DNA from: a virus
Taxonomy: Duplodnaviria; Caudoviricetes
Reading direction: 5' to 3' (one strand)
DNA: 35,738 nt
IMG/VR virus record: IMGVR_UViG_3300044855_000299
Span: 1-35,738 of that record
The first letter of the stretch is position 1, and every line of letters begins with the position of its first letter. Made by a program: the position numbers and the translations under genes. The notes beneath the pieces were generated by a model. It had not been told where the DNA came from. It was given only the letters and a program-made list of their open reading frames with translations, and made no database searches. Of this stretch, positions 35,309 through 35,738 are shown one piece after another.

Positions 35309-35738
35309 ATGAACAACGCCGTTGAACGAATATTGGAACTAACACCAATGCTAAGAGATTTTGTGGGCGAAAGACCTCAATATCCCCTTGGCTCTACGGT
35401 CTACGCCGTTAGCGTAAGCAATGCAGCAATTTACAAAATTTATGGTCTTTATTTAAGCTCAGAGCAATCAAGATATATGGGGAAGCCCTTTTACCAAGGG
35501 TTTTACGAGTCGTCTCCAGGAAAGATAACCGAATATCCATTTTATATTCATAGGCATTTTGTAGCTTACACATGGGAACAAGCAAAACAAATGGCAATTT
35601 GTCATATTGCACAAAATGCTAGAATCTATCTGGAGTTTCCGAATTTTGATGATCTAATAAGTCGTTTTTGTAAAGCTCTTGAATTATCAAATGGTCTAGT
35701 TGAGTCAAACTGGAATTATTTTATTGAACCTTTACTGC
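35309..35738 (+). CDS. hypothetical protein, truncated by window end
   Basis: Open frame MNNAVERILELTPMLRDF... running to the last base; not in ORF track. Confidence 0.65.
   Translation, partial: MNNAVERILELTPMLRDFVGERPQYPLGSTVYAVSVSNAAIYKIYGLYLSSEQSRYMGKPFYQGFYESSPGKITEYPFYIHRHFVAYTWEQAKQMAICHIAQNARIYLEFPNFDDLISRFCKALELSNGLVESNWNYFIEPLL

Overview
This 35.7 kb window is from a large T4-related (cyanophage-like gene order) myophage. Bases 1-27.7 kb are mostly a late/virion module. It contains a spanin pair, gp25-gp6-gp7-gp8 baseplate genes, a split VrlC/DUF4815-like gene pair, several fibre proteins, a holin and gp13-gp14-gp15, with T4-type TATAAATA late promoters. Bases 27.7-35.7 kb are an accessory region of small genes: a DenV-like glycosylase, an ADP-ribosyltransferase-like protein, an N4/N6 DNA methyltransferase and a minimal nucleotidyltransferase-like protein. 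The most unusual signal is non-coding. (i) Seven copies of a minus-strand element match the flagellar sigma28 (FliA/SigD) promoter TAAA-N15-GCCGATAT, five of them directly ahead of small genes. (ii) A 149-bp cassette is duplicated and stacks a sigma28 promoter, a GC-rich hairpin and a sigma54 -24/-12 box. (iii) A 26-27-bp tandem array is made of eight head-to-tail sigma54-like boxes and faces inverted copies across an AT-rich gap. Together they suggest a phage whose early programme is wired to, or titrates, the host's alternative (motility) sigma factors, next to a candidate origin. All product calls come from motif recognition by eye; no database search was run.
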